Shown one piece after another: positions 1 through 8,504 of a DNA stretch of 64,000 nucleotides; the stretch's first letter is position 1; every line of letters starts with the position of its first letter. A program made the position numbers and the translations under genes. A model generated the notes under the pieces. The model was not told the DNA's origin and ran no database searches. It was given only the letters and a program-made list of their open reading frames with translations. This DNA is from an uncultured Planctomycetaceae bacterium (lineage in GTDB: Bacteria; Planctomycetota; Planctomycetia; Pirellulales; Thermoguttaceae). The stretch is from assembly GCA_964354135.1 (NCBI GenBank), contig CAYGZA010000004.1, forward strand, positions 1,078 through 65,077, written 5' to 3'.

Positions 1-978
1 GTTTTGCCCCAACAGCCCACGCGGTGCGATCAGACTCGCGATTTCCGCGTCGCCGAATTCCCTGAGCAGACCAAAGACGTTGCGGTAGATCGGTTCCTCC
101 CAGAGCCGCTGACGCGAGTCGAAGTACCCGTTGACGAGACAGGCGTTGATTCGAGTGTCCGCCGCCGTCGCGTAAAACGCGATCAGTCCGCCCTCGGCGT
201 ATCCACCAACGTCGATGTCGTCGCGCTCGCCTGCCGTCTTCTTGAGCCAATCCACGGCCGCCAGCACCTTCTGCACCTCGTACCCGATGACGTGCCGGCC
301 CATCTCGAATGCCTGGCGGTAGACCCACTCGCGGTGCGGCTGGTTCGTGTAGCGGACTAAGCGGCTGCCGGAGAAGTCGCAGGAGCGGTTGATGAGGACC
401 GGCACGACGACGCGACGGCGCACTTCCGCCAGGAGCCGAGCGAGTTGGGATTCCGGCGGGAGGCCGGGCACAAGGCCCACCAGTTGCTCCGGCGTCTGGT
501 CGGCATCGGGAATAACGACCACGTGGTGGGCCGGCTTCTCTTTCGGCTCCAGAAGCAGTCCCTCGCCGGTCACGCCCTCCAGCACCGTCCAGCGGACCTG
601 CCAGACGCGGTATTTCTCCGTCTCGGCAACCAGCGCCGGATTGTCTTCGTCGCCGAAGCGCTCCATCACCACCGGCACCCGCGGGTCCACCACGCCGATC
701 ATCTTCTTGAACCGCTCGCGATTCGGCTGGACCGACTTCTCGTACGCCTCGGGCGACGAGAAATCCCGCTTCCAGTACTTCTCGCGCGACTTGACCGACT
801 CGGCCGTCTTGCGGTCCAGGAGGCGATGGGCCTCATCGACGATGCGGACCGAGATGTCGTCGGTCCAATCGAGCACCGCCGTTCCGGCCAAGGGCTCGGG
901 CTTCTTCTCTCCGGCCGGGGTGACGGCGGCCAGAAAAGGGAGGATCACGAGTGCAGACAGCAGACTGAGACGCTTCAC
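1..978 (-). CDS. secreted alpha/beta-hydrolase-fold protein; C-terminus cut by the window edge; paralog of 13778..15820
   Basis: Absent from the ORF track because there is no stop in the window. My reverse-strand translation from GTG at 978 (GAAGGAG 7 nt upstream) gives VKRLSLLSALVILPFLAAVTPAGE..., which looks like a signal peptide, and stays open to position 1. It aligns by eye with the 680-aa hydrolase around the nucleophile elbow. Confidence 0.6.
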   Translation of the reverse strand, partial: MKRLSLLSALVILPFLAAVTPAGEKKPEPLAGTAVLDWTDDISVRIVDEAHRLLDRKTAESVKSREKYWKRDFSSPEAYEKSVQPNRERFKKMIGVVDPRVPVVMERFGDEDNPALVAETEKYRVWQVRWTVLEGVTGEGLLLEPKEKPAHHVVVIPDADQTPEQLVGLVPGLPPESQLARLLAEVRRRVVVPVLINRSCDFSGSRLVRYTNQPHREWVYRQAFEMGRHVIGYEVQKVLAAVDWLKKTAGERDDIDVGGYAEGGLIAFYATAADTRINACLVNGYFDSRQRLWEEPIYRNVFGLLREFGDAEIASLIAPRGLLGQN

Positions 979-1004
979 GGGATTACTCCTTCTCACTGAG
1001 TCGT

Positions 1005-1034
1005 AAAGCCCGCGGGCTGCAACCCGTGGGCTTT
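1005..1034. repeat. REP-like imperfect palindrome, copy 1 (AAAGCCCGCGGGCTGCAACCCGTGGGCTTT)
   Basis: 12-nt arms AAAGCCCNCGGG / CCCGNGGGCTTT around a 6-nt centre. Intergenic. Confidence 0.85.
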
Positions 1035-1079
1035 GTCCTGCAACGCCGGTTTCGGACAACGACGGATCTTGCGAAATGG

Positions 1080-1601
1080 TCATACCTGCTGTCCCCACCT
1101 CCACACCCAAGCACCGACGTCTGCGTGGTCCAGGAGGTACCGATAGGCATTCAACTGCTGCCGGCGGCTCTTGATGGGAATTGTCTTTCGGCCTTTGCCC
1201 CACAGTTTGCCCGACCATCCCCGCTCGCGCAGGGCGTACCACGCGTGCCGCTTCGCCGCGCCTGTCCAATTGCGCACCTGGCTGGACTGCATTTTCGCCA
1301 GAAGGTGAACATGCTGCCCGGAGACGGTAATACAAACGATCATCGCTCCCAACGCCTCCAGACGCTCCTTCACGGCCGTTCCCACGATCTCCCGCAACGG
1401 CTTTGCCAGCCGGGGCGGCGCGTGCTTGAGCGACTCTCGACTCCGCTCCTCCCGGGCCTTGTACTTGCCGGGCGGGGGCGGGTTCTTGTAGTCGCCTTCG
1501 ACATGCTCGCGCTGGTGCCGTGTCCGGAAGCCGCGGGCGTCGCCGTGGAGCCATGCGCCGTAGGTGGTGAGGATGTGGTACCACCTTCGCTGATCAGTCA
1601 T
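1080..1601 (-). CDS. IS200/IS605-family Y1 (HUH) transposase, REP-associated (RAYT-like)
   Basis: 173-aa ORF with ATG at 1601. N-terminal WYHILTTYG (the YHI.. motif of Y1 transposases), HUH motif in SGQHVHLLAK, and a C-terminal Tyr region QQLNAYRYLLDH. Confidence 0.7.
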   Translation of the reverse strand: MTDQRRWYHILTTYGAWLHGDARGFRTRHQREHVEGDYKNPPPPGKYKAREERSRESLKHAPPRLAKPLREIVGTAVKERLEALGAMIVCITVSGQHVHLLAKMQSSQVRNWTGAAKRHAWYALRERGWSGKLWGKGRKTIPIKSRRQQLNAYRYLLDHADVGAWVWRWGQQV

Positions 1602-1658
1602 GCCTGCGGTCTCCGAATCAGTGAGTACCGTTGGCGATTACATGACCATTCAAATCCC

Positions 1659-1688
1659 AAAGCCCGGGGGTTGCAACCCGTGGGCTTT
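1659..1688. repeat. REP-like imperfect palindrome, copy 2, inverted relative to copy 1
   Basis: AAAGCCCGGGGGTTGCAACCCGTGGGCTTT followed by AC, which is GTAA on the other strand. Confidence 0.85.
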
Positions 1689-1711
1689 ACGAGATAGTCC
1701 ATTGTCCCCCA

Positions 1712-2575
1712 TCAGCCCGCGCCAAATCGTTGCGCCAGAGCGTGCTTCTCCTCAACGCCGATGAGTGCGTTGAACTCTTCAAACGGCATCAAGCGGTCTT
1801 CTTCGCCCAGCGTGGTGCCGTCGCGGCGGAGCTTCCGGCAGACGGCCTCGATTGCCCGGGCGGCGGCAAACAGCCCGGCCAGCGGGTAGAGGATCAACTG
1901 AAAGCCGAGATCGACCAGTTGGTCTTTGGGCAGGACGGGCGTGCGCCCGCCCTCGATCATGTTGGCCACGGCCGGCTTGGGGACGCGGCGGCCGATCTCG
2001 GCCAGTTGTTCGACCGAGCCGGGGGCCTCGATAAAACTGGCATCCGCGCCGGCGTCGCGGGCTCCTTCGATCCGCGCGACCGCTTCGTCCAGCCCGGCGA
2101 CTGCCAAGGCGTCGGTCCTGGCGACGATGAAGAAATCGCGGCCGGCCCGGGCATCCACCGCGGCCCGGATCTTCTGGATGTACTCCTCGCGCTCGATGAT
2201 CCGCTTGCCGCGCAAGTGGCCGCAGCGCTTGGGCCACACCTGATCCTCCAGGAAGCAGCCGGCCGTGCCCGCCGCGATCAGCTCGCGGATCGTGCGATGG
2301 ACGTTGAGCGGGTTCCCGTAGCCGGTGTCGGCATCGACGATGATCGGGATGTCCACGCTCATCGCGATCCGCCGCGCCCGCTCGATCATCTCCGTTTGCG
2401 TCAACAGGCCCAGGTCGGGCTCGCCGATGGCCGTCGCGGCGACCGAGTAGCCTGAGACGAAACCCATCGGAAAGCCGGCGCGCTGGCAAATCATAGCCGA
2501 GAGTGTGTCGTAGACCCCGGGAAAGGCGATCGCGCCGACTTCGTCGAGGATGCGGTGGATTCTGGTGTGGGCCAT
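1712..2575 (-). CDS. isocitrate lyase/PEP mutase superfamily enzyme (2-methylisocitrate lyase or carboxyvinyl-carboxyphosphonate phosphorylmutase-like)
   Basis: 287-aa ORF with ATG at 2575. Motifs: IIVDADTGYG, EDQVWPKRCGH (the K[KR]CGH signature), ARTDA. Confidence 0.85.
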   Translation of the reverse strand: MAHTRIHRILDEVGAIAFPGVYDTLSAMICQRAGFPMGFVSGYSVAATAIGEPDLGLLTQTEMIERARRIAMSVDIPIIVDADTGYGNPLNVHRTIRELIAAGTAGCFLEDQVWPKRCGHLRGKRIIEREEYIQKIRAAVDARAGRDFFIVARTDALAVAGLDEAVARIEGARDAGADASFIEAPGSVEQLAEIGRRVPKPAVANMIEGGRTPVLPKDQLVDLGFQLILYPLAGLFAAARAIEAVCRKLRRDGTTLGEEDRLMPFEEFNALIGVEEKHALAQRFGAG

Positions 2576-2598
2576 GAGTTCGACTTCTCCACGCTTTC

Positions 2599-2628
2599 AA
2601 AGCCCACGGGTCGCAGCCGGTGGGCTTT
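2599..2628. repeat. REP-like imperfect palindrome, copy 3
   Basis: AAAGCCCACGGGTCGCAGCCGGTGGGCTTT, same family as 1005 and 1659. Lies just upstream of the start of gene 1712..2575. Confidence 0.8.
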
Positions 2629-2802
2629 GGCAGCCGCCGTTTATGATCGCCTCCAAGATAATCCCTCTCCGGCTGTAGTGCAAATCTGGACGCGGCGGGG
2701 GCCGTCTGGTTAGACTATGGTGGCGTGCGGCACGGCGGAGGGCGGCTGTGTCACGTGCGTCTGTGCGATGTCCTTCCCGTTGGCAATGATTGGAGGTTTC
2801 CC

Positions 2803-4413
2803 ATGCGGCAGGTGTCCTGTGCCTTGGCGTTTGCCCTGTTGATGTTGACCGCACTGTGGCTTGCAGCCGGGCTCGACGGCCCTGCCTTGGCGGAGCCGGT
2901 CGCCGTGGGAAACGCCGCGGTCTCGTCTTCCGAAGTCGGCGGCTCGCTGGGGCACTTGACGAAGCTCCGCCCCGGGCGCTCCGCGCGGGTTTCTTCGGCG
3001 AATCCCAAGCGCTCCAGCAACTGGGACAACCGCCGCATCATGCCGGGCAAGACCCTCGTCCTGGCCGACGTCCAGGGCCCGGGCACGATCCAGCACATCT
3101 GGCTCACCTTCCCCGAGCCGGCCCCGAGCTGGCTGGGCCGCGAGGGCAACCCGAACCACTCCGAGCTGGTCCTGCGCATGTACTGGGACGGGGCCAAGGA
3201 GCCCGCCGTCGAGTCGCCGGTGGGGGATTTCTTCGCCGCCGGGTTCGGGCAGCGGGCGGAAGTGAATTCGGCCCCCGTGGCGGTGGAAGGGGGCGACGCC
3301 TACAACTGCTACTGGCCCATGCCGTTTGCGAAGTCCGCCCGCATCGAGCTGGAAAACCAGGCCGACAAGCCGCTGGGCTCGTTCTACTATCAGATCGACT
3401 ACCTGAGGGAGGAATCGCTGCCTCCCGATACTCCCTACTTCTGCGCCCAGTATCGCCAGGAGTTCCCCTGCCAATCCGGCCGCGACTACCTGATCCTGGA
3501 TGCCGTCGGCCGCGGCCATTACGTGGGCACGGTCCTCAGCGGCCGGGCACGCAGCCCCAAGTGGTTCGGCGAAGGGGACGACAAGTTCTATATCGACGGC
3601 GAAAAGACCCCGAGCCTCTTTGGCACCGGCACGGAGGACTACGTCTGCAACGCCTGGGGCATGGGGACCGGCACTTTCCCGTTCTTCGGCGTGCCGATCC
3701 TCGAAGGCGAGTGGGACATGGTCGGCTGGTACACCACGGTCTACCGCTGGCACATTCCCGACCCGGTGCGTTTCACCAAGTCGCTGCGGGTGGAAATCGA
3801 AGACGCCGGCTGGATCTCGAAGGACGAGCTCAAGGAAGGGGCCCACGAGGGATTCGTCGAGCGGAACGATGATTTTGCAACCGTGGCCTTCTGGTACCAG
3901 GTCGGCCAGCCGAAGCGATTCGCCACGCTCCCGCCGGCCAAGGATCGCAAACTGCCGAACCTCGACATCGTCGTCGAGGGCAAGGACATGCTGAAGACGG
4001 CCAAGAGCGAGCACGGCGGCCTGCACCTGCAAAAGGGCTACGACTGGACCGGCGACGGGCAACTGTTTTTCGACAACGCCCGCGGGACCGGGGCGTCGGT
4101 TCAGTTCACCTTCCCCGTGGAGAAGGAGGAACTCCGCCAGCTTACCCTGCGGATGACGTATTCCTACGACTTCGGCATCTACCGCATTTTCCTGGACGGA
4201 AAGCAGGTCCGAGAGCCGATCGACTTCTACAACGCGGCGGTCAAGGTCAAGGAGCTGAACCTGGGCCAGCAAAGGCTTTCCGCGGGCAACCACACGCTGC
4301 GGCTGGAGTGTACCGGGCAGTCCGGCCCGTCCCGCGGCTCGAAGCTGGGAATCGACTCCGTGCGCCTCCGCCAGCGCTGGAACGTGAAGCGAGAAGCTCC
4401 CAAAGACCTTTGA
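2803..4413 (+). CDS. secreted DUF2961 / GH172-like glycoside hydrolase with a C-terminal beta-sandwich (CBM-like) extension
   Basis: I trimmed the ORF 2725..4413 to ATG 2803 (GGAGG at 2793), which gives the signal peptide MRQVSCALAFALLMLTALWLAAG. The body (GTIQHIWLTF, MYWDGAKEPAVESPVGDFF, YCYWPMPF, GEGDDKFYIDGE, GTGTEDY) matches my recollection of DUF2961. Confidence 0.75.
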   Translation: MRQVSCALAFALLMLTALWLAAGLDGPALAEPVAVGNAAVSSSEVGGSLGHLTKLRPGRSARVSSANPKRSSNWDNRRIMPGKTLVLADVQGPGTIQHIWLTFPEPAPSWLGREGNPNHSELVLRMYWDGAKEPAVESPVGDFFAAGFGQRAEVNSAPVAVEGGDAYNCYWPMPFAKSARIELENQADKPLGSFYYQIDYLREESLPPDTPYFCAQYRQEFPCQSGRDYLILDAVGRGHYVGTVLSGRARSPKWFGEGDDKFYIDGEKTPSLFGTGTEDYVCNAWGMGTGTFPFFGVPILEGEWDMVGWYTTVYRWHIPDPVRFTKSLRVEIEDAGWISKDELKEGAHEGFVERNDDFATVAFWYQVGQPKRFATLPPAKDRKLPNLDIVVEGKDMLKTAKSEHGGLHLQKGYDWTGDGQLFFDNARGTGASVQFTFPVEKEELRQLTLRMTYSYDFGIYRIFLDGKQVREPIDFYNAAVKVKELNLGQQRLSAGNHTLRLECTGQSGPSRGSKLGIDSVRLRQRWNVKREAPKDL

Positions 4414-4468
4414 GAAGCATGAGCGGGATGTGTCCGCACATTAGTGGCCGTCCCACAATAACTCCGCT

Positions 4469-4488
4469 CTCTCCCGTCCGCGGGAGAG
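4469..4488. terminator. GC hairpin between convergent genes (CTCTCCCG-tccg-CGGGAGAG)
   Basis: Perfect 8-bp stem with a 4-nt loop in the 102-nt gap between stop 4413 (+) and stop 4516 (-). No U-tract. Confidence 0.4.
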
Positions 4489-4515
4489 GAGCAGGGGTTG
4501 TTGTTGGCCGGCCGC

Positions 4516-5625
4516 TTAGCCGGTGCGGGCAATCCGGCCGCGGAGGTAGACGTCCGGCCCGACCTGGCGCCACTCCGGGGAGTCGAGGGTCAGGGCAGCA
4601 GAGAGATCGTAGATTCCTTCGCCGTCGATGGGGCTGCCGGCTGCCTCGCCGCCGAGGAGCTTCGGGGCGATGAAGGCGTGGACCTCGTCGATCTGCCGGG
4701 CGTCCAAGAGCGTGCCGAGGAGTCGGCCGCCCCCTTCCACCAGCACGTTGGTCAGGCGTCGCCGGCCCAGCTCCTCCAAGAGCTGGTCCAGGCGGCCCGC
4801 GTGGGAGTCCGCCTCGCAAACGAGGACCTCGCAGCCGGCCTCGGCCAGCCGCCGGCGATCGGCCTGAGTCGCCTGCGGTCCTGCGGCCACGAGCACGGGG
4901 ACCTCCCGGGCGGTGCGCACGAGTTGGCTGTCGGAATAGAGGGATGCCCGGGTGTCGACCACCACGCGAAGGGCCGTGCGCGGGCCCGGGGGCCGGGCGG
5001 TCAGCAAGGGGTTGTCCATTCGGGCCGTCTCCCGGCCGACGACGATCGCATCGACCCGGCCCCGCAGTTGATGGACGATCGCCCGGGACTCGTCGCTGGA
5101 GATCCACTGGCTGGAGCCGGTGCGGGTGGCGGTCTTGCCGTCGGCCGTCATGGCCCACTTGGCGAGGACCCAGGGTCGGCCCGTCCGGAGCAGTTTCAGA
5201 TACGCGGCGTTGAGCCGGCGGGCTTCGGCCTCCAGGAGCCCCACTTCCACCTCGATCCCGGCGGAGCGGAGTTTCGCCAGGCCCCGGCCGGCAACCTCGG
5301 GGAACGGGTCCGGCTGGGCGGCGACCACCCGGCGGATCCCCGCGGCCACGACCGCCTCGATGCACGGCGGGGTCTTGCCGTGATGGCAGCAAGGTTCCAG
5401 CGTGACCACCATCGTGGCCCCGGCGGCCCGCAGGCCGGCAAGCTTGAGGGCCTCGACCTCGGCGTGGGCCTCGCCGAAGCGGCGATGCCAGCCCTCGCCG
5501 ATGATCTCCGCCCCTTGGACGACCACGCAGCCGACCATGGGGTTCGGCTCGACGTGCCCTTGCCCCAGCAAGGCCAGCTCCAGTGCCCGCCGCATGTGCC
5601 AGAGGTCGATTTCAGCCTGGTTCAT
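4516..5625 (-). CDS. ribD: bifunctional riboflavin biosynthesis protein RibD (pyrimidine deaminase / uracil reductase)
   Basis: Deaminase zinc motifs HAEVEAL and PCCHHGKTPPC. The reductase half has KWAMTADGK and VLVEGGG. The track start at 5637 is a TTG; the ATG at 5625 (MNQAEIDLWHMRRALELA) is preferred. Confidence 0.9.
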   Translation of the reverse strand: MNQAEIDLWHMRRALELALLGQGHVEPNPMVGCVVVQGAEIIGEGWHRRFGEAHAEVEALKLAGLRAAGATMVVTLEPCCHHGKTPPCIEAVVAAGIRRVVAAQPDPFPEVAGRGLAKLRSAGIEVEVGLLEAEARRLNAAYLKLLRTGRPWVLAKWAMTADGKTATRTGSSQWISSDESRAIVHQLRGRVDAIVVGRETARMDNPLLTARPPGPRTALRVVVDTRASLYSDSQLVRTAREVPVLVAAGPQATQADRRRLAEAGCEVLVCEADSHAGRLDQLLEELGRRRLTNVLVEGGGRLLGTLLDARQIDEVHAFIAPKLLGGEAAGSPIDGEGIYDLSAALTLDSPEWRQVGPDVYLRGRIARTG

Positions 5626-5660
5626 CGGGCTTCCCAAGCGTTTCTTTCTGCCGAAAGGGG

Positions 5661-5688
5661 CTATCAGCCGTCAGCTCTCAGCAATCAG
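5661..5688. repeat. heptad array NN-TCAGC x4 (ctaTCAGCcgTCAGCtcTCAGCaaTCAG)
   Basis: Exact 7-nt periodicity of TCAGC at 5664, 5671, 5678 and 5685. Lies in the divergent ribD / SNF2 intergenic region. Confidence 0.7.
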
Positions 5689-5746
5689 TAGGGCCGGCTC
5701 CGCCGGCCGAGACTCCGGACACGCGGCCGGCACAGCCGGCCCTACT
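5687..5746. other. 13-bp perfect inverted repeat (AGTAGGGCCGGCT ... AGCCGGCCCTACT) with a 34-nt partly self-complementary spacer
   Basis: Arms at 5687..5699 and 5734..5746. The spacer contains an inner GCCGGCCG / CGGCCGGC pairing. Confidence 0.7.
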
Positions 5747-5875
5747 CCGCTACCCTACATTCTGTGCCCTGCGACGCTTCCGGGCAAGCTGGCGTCGCCG
5801 GTGGTTTGGGGTAATTGCGTACCGCCTCGGGATCGGGTAGGTTGTAGGGGTCACGGAGTCTCAAGGAGATATCGC

Positions 5876-8437
5876 ATGGTGGCGAGCACCGCTCTTGTCG
5901 CAGGGGGGTCCCGGGCGGTCGCCCGGCAGCAGAACGGCCGCGGACTGTTGTTGCGGGCGAAGGCAGCCAAACGCCGGTCCGCCCGGAAGGTCCACATTAA
6001 GAAAATCTCCCGCCTTCGCAAGCCGGAGGACATGTCGCTGGAGCAGTGGCAGATCGCCCTGCGGCGGGAATTCGGGCAGAAGCAGAACTTCCGCCTGAAA
6101 AACGCCGGCCGCGAGCCGGTCTTCTCGGAATTCGAGGTGACCAACCCGCAGACCAAGCGGACGTACCGCGTGGCGATCCGGGGCGAAGGGCTGGGGGAGA
6201 ACTTCTGCTCCTGCCCCGATTTCACCACCAACACGCTGGGGACCTGCAAGCACGTCGAGTTCACGCTGGCCCGGCTGCGGCGGAAGCGAGACAACCGCAA
6301 GGCCCTGGCCGCCGGATTCCACCCGGCGTATTCCGAGGTTTACGTCCGCTACGGGGCGAAGCGGGAGGTGATGTTCCGCCCCGGCACCGCTTGCCCTGAG
6401 GGGCTGTGCCGCGCCGCCGAGCAATTCTTCGACGCCCACGGCCGGCTTGAGCCGGAGGCCTACCTGCGGTTTCACACGTTCCTCCGCCAGGCCGCCCATT
6501 GGGACCACGAACTCCGCTGCTACGACGACGCGTTGGCCCTGATCGCCGAGGTCCGCGACCGGGCCCGGCTGGCCGACGAGATCGACCGGGCGTTCCCGGG
6601 CGGGATTCGCAGTCCGGCTTTCAAAAACCTGCTCAAGGTGCCGCTCTATCCCTATCAGTGCGAGGGGGCGCTCTTTGCCGCCAAGGCCGGCCGCTGCCTG
6701 GTGGCCGACGACATGGGCCTGGGCAAGACGATCGAGGCGATTGCCGCTGTGGAGATCCTCGCCCGCACCGTGGGACTCCAGCGGGTGCTCGTGATCTCGC
6801 CCACGTCGCTGAAGCACCAGTGGAAGCGGGAGATCGAGAAGTTCGCCGACCGGCCGGCCTTGGTTGTGGAGGGGCTTTTGGCCCGCCGGGCGCAACTCTA
6901 CGCCGCCGACTCGTTCTACAAGCTCACCAACTACGACGTCGTCCACCGCGACCTGGACTTGATCCGGCAGTGGGAGCCGGAGCTGGTGATCCTCGACGAG
7001 GCCCAGCGGATCAAGAACTGGAAGACGCGGACGGCCACGAGCGTCAAGCGGATCCAGTCGCAACATGCGTTTGTGCTCACCGGCACGCCGCTGGAAAACC
7101 GCCTGGAAGAGCTGCACTCGATCGTGGAGTTCGTGGACCGCTTCCGCCTGGGGCCGATGTTCCGCTTCCTCGACGAGCACCAGCACGTCGACGAGACCGG
7201 CCGCGTGATCGGCTACCGCAACCTCTCGCGGATCTCCGAGACGCTCTCGCCGATCCTCATCCGCCGCACCAAGGACAAGGTGCTCCGCGAACTGCCCGAG
7301 CGGATGGAAAAGCGGATGTTCGTCCCCATGACTCCCGAACAGCGCAAGCACCACGAGGAAAACCGGGAGCTGGTCGCGAAGATCGTGGCCAAGTGGCGCC
7401 GCATCGGCTTCCTGTCCGAGGCCGACCAGCGGCGGCTTATGATCTTCCTCCAAAACATGCGGATGTCGTGCAACAGCACGTACCTGCTGGACCAATCGAC
7501 CGACCACGGCGTCAAGGCCGACGAGATGATGGTCCTTCTGGGCGAGATCCTGGAGAACCCCGAGATCAAGGTCGTCGTGTTCAGCCAGTGGGTGCGGATG
7601 CATGAGCTGGTGGTCGCGCGGCTGAAGCCCCGGCGATTGGAGCACGTGCTCTTCTACGGCGGCGTGCCCGGGCCGAAGCGAAAGGACCTCATCCACCGCT
7701 TCAAGGAAGACCCGGATTGCCGGCTCTTCCTGTCCACGGATGCCGGCGGCGTGGGCCTGAACCTGCAGCACGCCTCGGTGGTGATCAACCTCGACCAGCC
7801 GTGGAACCCCGCGGTGCTGGAGCAGCGGATCGGCCGGGTCCACCGCCTCGGGCAGCACCGCCCGGTCCGCGTGGTCCATTTCATTTCCCAGGGAACGATC
7901 GAGGAGGGAATGCTCGCCCTGCTCGGGTTCAAGCGGTCCGTGTTCGCCGGGGTGCTGGATGGCGGGCAGGACGAGGTCTTCATGGGCGGGACGCGTCTGA
8001 AGCAGTTCATGGAGTCGGTCGAGAAGGCCACCGGCTCGATCCCGCCGTCCATGCCCGCCGCATCACCGATGCCCGCCGAGGAAGAGGAGGCGGGGGAAGA
8101 AGAAGCCCGCGGGGAAGAACGCGAAGAGGCGCGATCGCGGGAAAGCGGCCGCCGCGGCGAGCAAGAACCGGCCGCTTTCGAAGCAGCCCCGCCGCAGGCA
8201 CCTGCGGCGGAAACCCTCTGGACCGACGTGCTCGCTGCCGGGGTCAACTTCCTCCAGAAGCTCAGCCAGGGCCTCACGGCGGGCAAGCCCGAGGCTGCCG
8301 GAGCGCCTCTTTCGACCCTCGGCTCTTTCGTCACCCGCGACGAGCCCAGCGGCCCGGCCTACTTCAAGCTCCCGCTGCCGAAGCCGGAGGTGATGGAGCA
8401 ACTGCTCGGCGTTCTGGCGTCGTTGGTGCCGCGGTAG
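5876..8437 (+). CDS. SNF2-family helicase/ATPase with an N-terminal SWIM zinc finger and an acidic Ala/Pro-rich C-terminal tail
   Basis: The track ORF 5402..8437 overlaps ribD, so I trimmed it to ATG 5876 (AAGGAG at 5863). SWIM motif CSCPDFTTNTLGTCKH. Helicase motifs DDMGLGKT, DEAQRIKN, LTGTPLENRL, STDAGGVGLNLQ, DQPWNPAVLEQRIGRVHRLGQ. Confidence 0.9.
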   Translation: MVASTALVAGGSRAVARQQNGRGLLLRAKAAKRRSARKVHIKKISRLRKPEDMSLEQWQIALRREFGQKQNFRLKNAGREPVFSEFEVTNPQTKRTYRVAIRGEGLGENFCSCPDFTTNTLGTCKHVEFTLARLRRKRDNRKALAAGFHPAYSEVYVRYGAKREVMFRPGTACPEGLCRAAEQFFDAHGRLEPEAYLRFHTFLRQAAHWDHELRCYDDALALIAEVRDRARLADEIDRAFPGGIRSPAFKNLLKVPLYPYQCEGALFAAKAGRCLVADDMGLGKTIEAIAAVEILARTVGLQRVLVISPTSLKHQWKREIEKFADRPALVVEGLLARRAQLYAADSFYKLTNYDVVHRDLDLIRQWEPELVILDEAQRIKNWKTRTATSVKRIQSQHAFVLTGTPLENRLEELHSIVEFVDRFRLGPMFRFLDEHQHVDETGRVIGYRNLSRISETLSPILIRRTKDKVLRELPERMEKRMFVPMTPEQRKHHEENRELVAKIVAKWRRIGFLSEADQRRLMIFLQNMRMSCNSTYLLDQSTDHGVKADEMMVLLGEILENPEIKVVVFSQWVRMHELVVARLKPRRLEHVLFYGGVPGPKRKDLIHRFKEDPDCRLFLSTDAGGVGLNLQHASVVINLDQPWNPAVLEQRIGRVHRLGQHRPVRVVHFISQGTIEEGMLALLGFKRSVFAGVLDGGQDEVFMGGTRLKQFMESVEKATGSIPPSMPAASPMPAEEEEAGEEEARGEEREEARSRESGRRGEQEPAAFEAAPPQAPAAETLWTDVLAAGVNFLQKLSQGLTAGKPEAAGAPLSTLGSFVTRDEPSGPAYFKLPLPKPEVMEQLLGVLASLVPR

Positions 8438-8504
8438 CAGCCGCTCCCACGACGGAAAAAAGGACGAACGAGGAAGAAGACAAGTCGACCGAGAAACGGG
8501 TCGA

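Larger units (their letters stand above)
1003..1690 (-). mobile_element. RAYT-type unit: Y1 (HUH) transposase gene bracketed by two inverted copies of a 30-nt REP palindrome
   Basis: The REP copies at 1005..1034 and 1659..1688 are reverse complements of each other apart from 4 mismatches, including the outer GTAA flank (GTAAAGCCC...). Gene 1080..1601 lies between them. Confidence 0.6.

Noticed and set aside
2710-4293. 527-aa minus-strand ORF opposite the GH172-like gene. Similar cases: 13727..15586, 9438..10910, 20448..21338 and 21795..23393.
   Set aside because: These are antisense or out-of-frame shadows of genes with clear family motifs and signal peptides. Their composition is typical of non-coding frames in high-G+C DNA.
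5700-5733. Both large inverted repeats (5687..5746 and 55831..55898) have 34-nt spacers, which could indicate a shared element.
   Set aside because: Neither the arms nor the spacers share sequence, so the equal spacer length is most likely coincidence.
5402-5875. N-terminal 158-codon extension of the SNF2 ORF.
   Set aside because: It overlaps ribD on the opposite strand and has junk-like composition. ATG 5876 has a canonical AAGGAG Shine-Dalgarno sequence.
5861-7879. 672-aa minus-strand ORF opposite the SNF2 gene.
   Set aside because: The plus frame carries all SNF2 helicase motifs, while the minus ORF is R/G/P/L/V-rich with no motifs.
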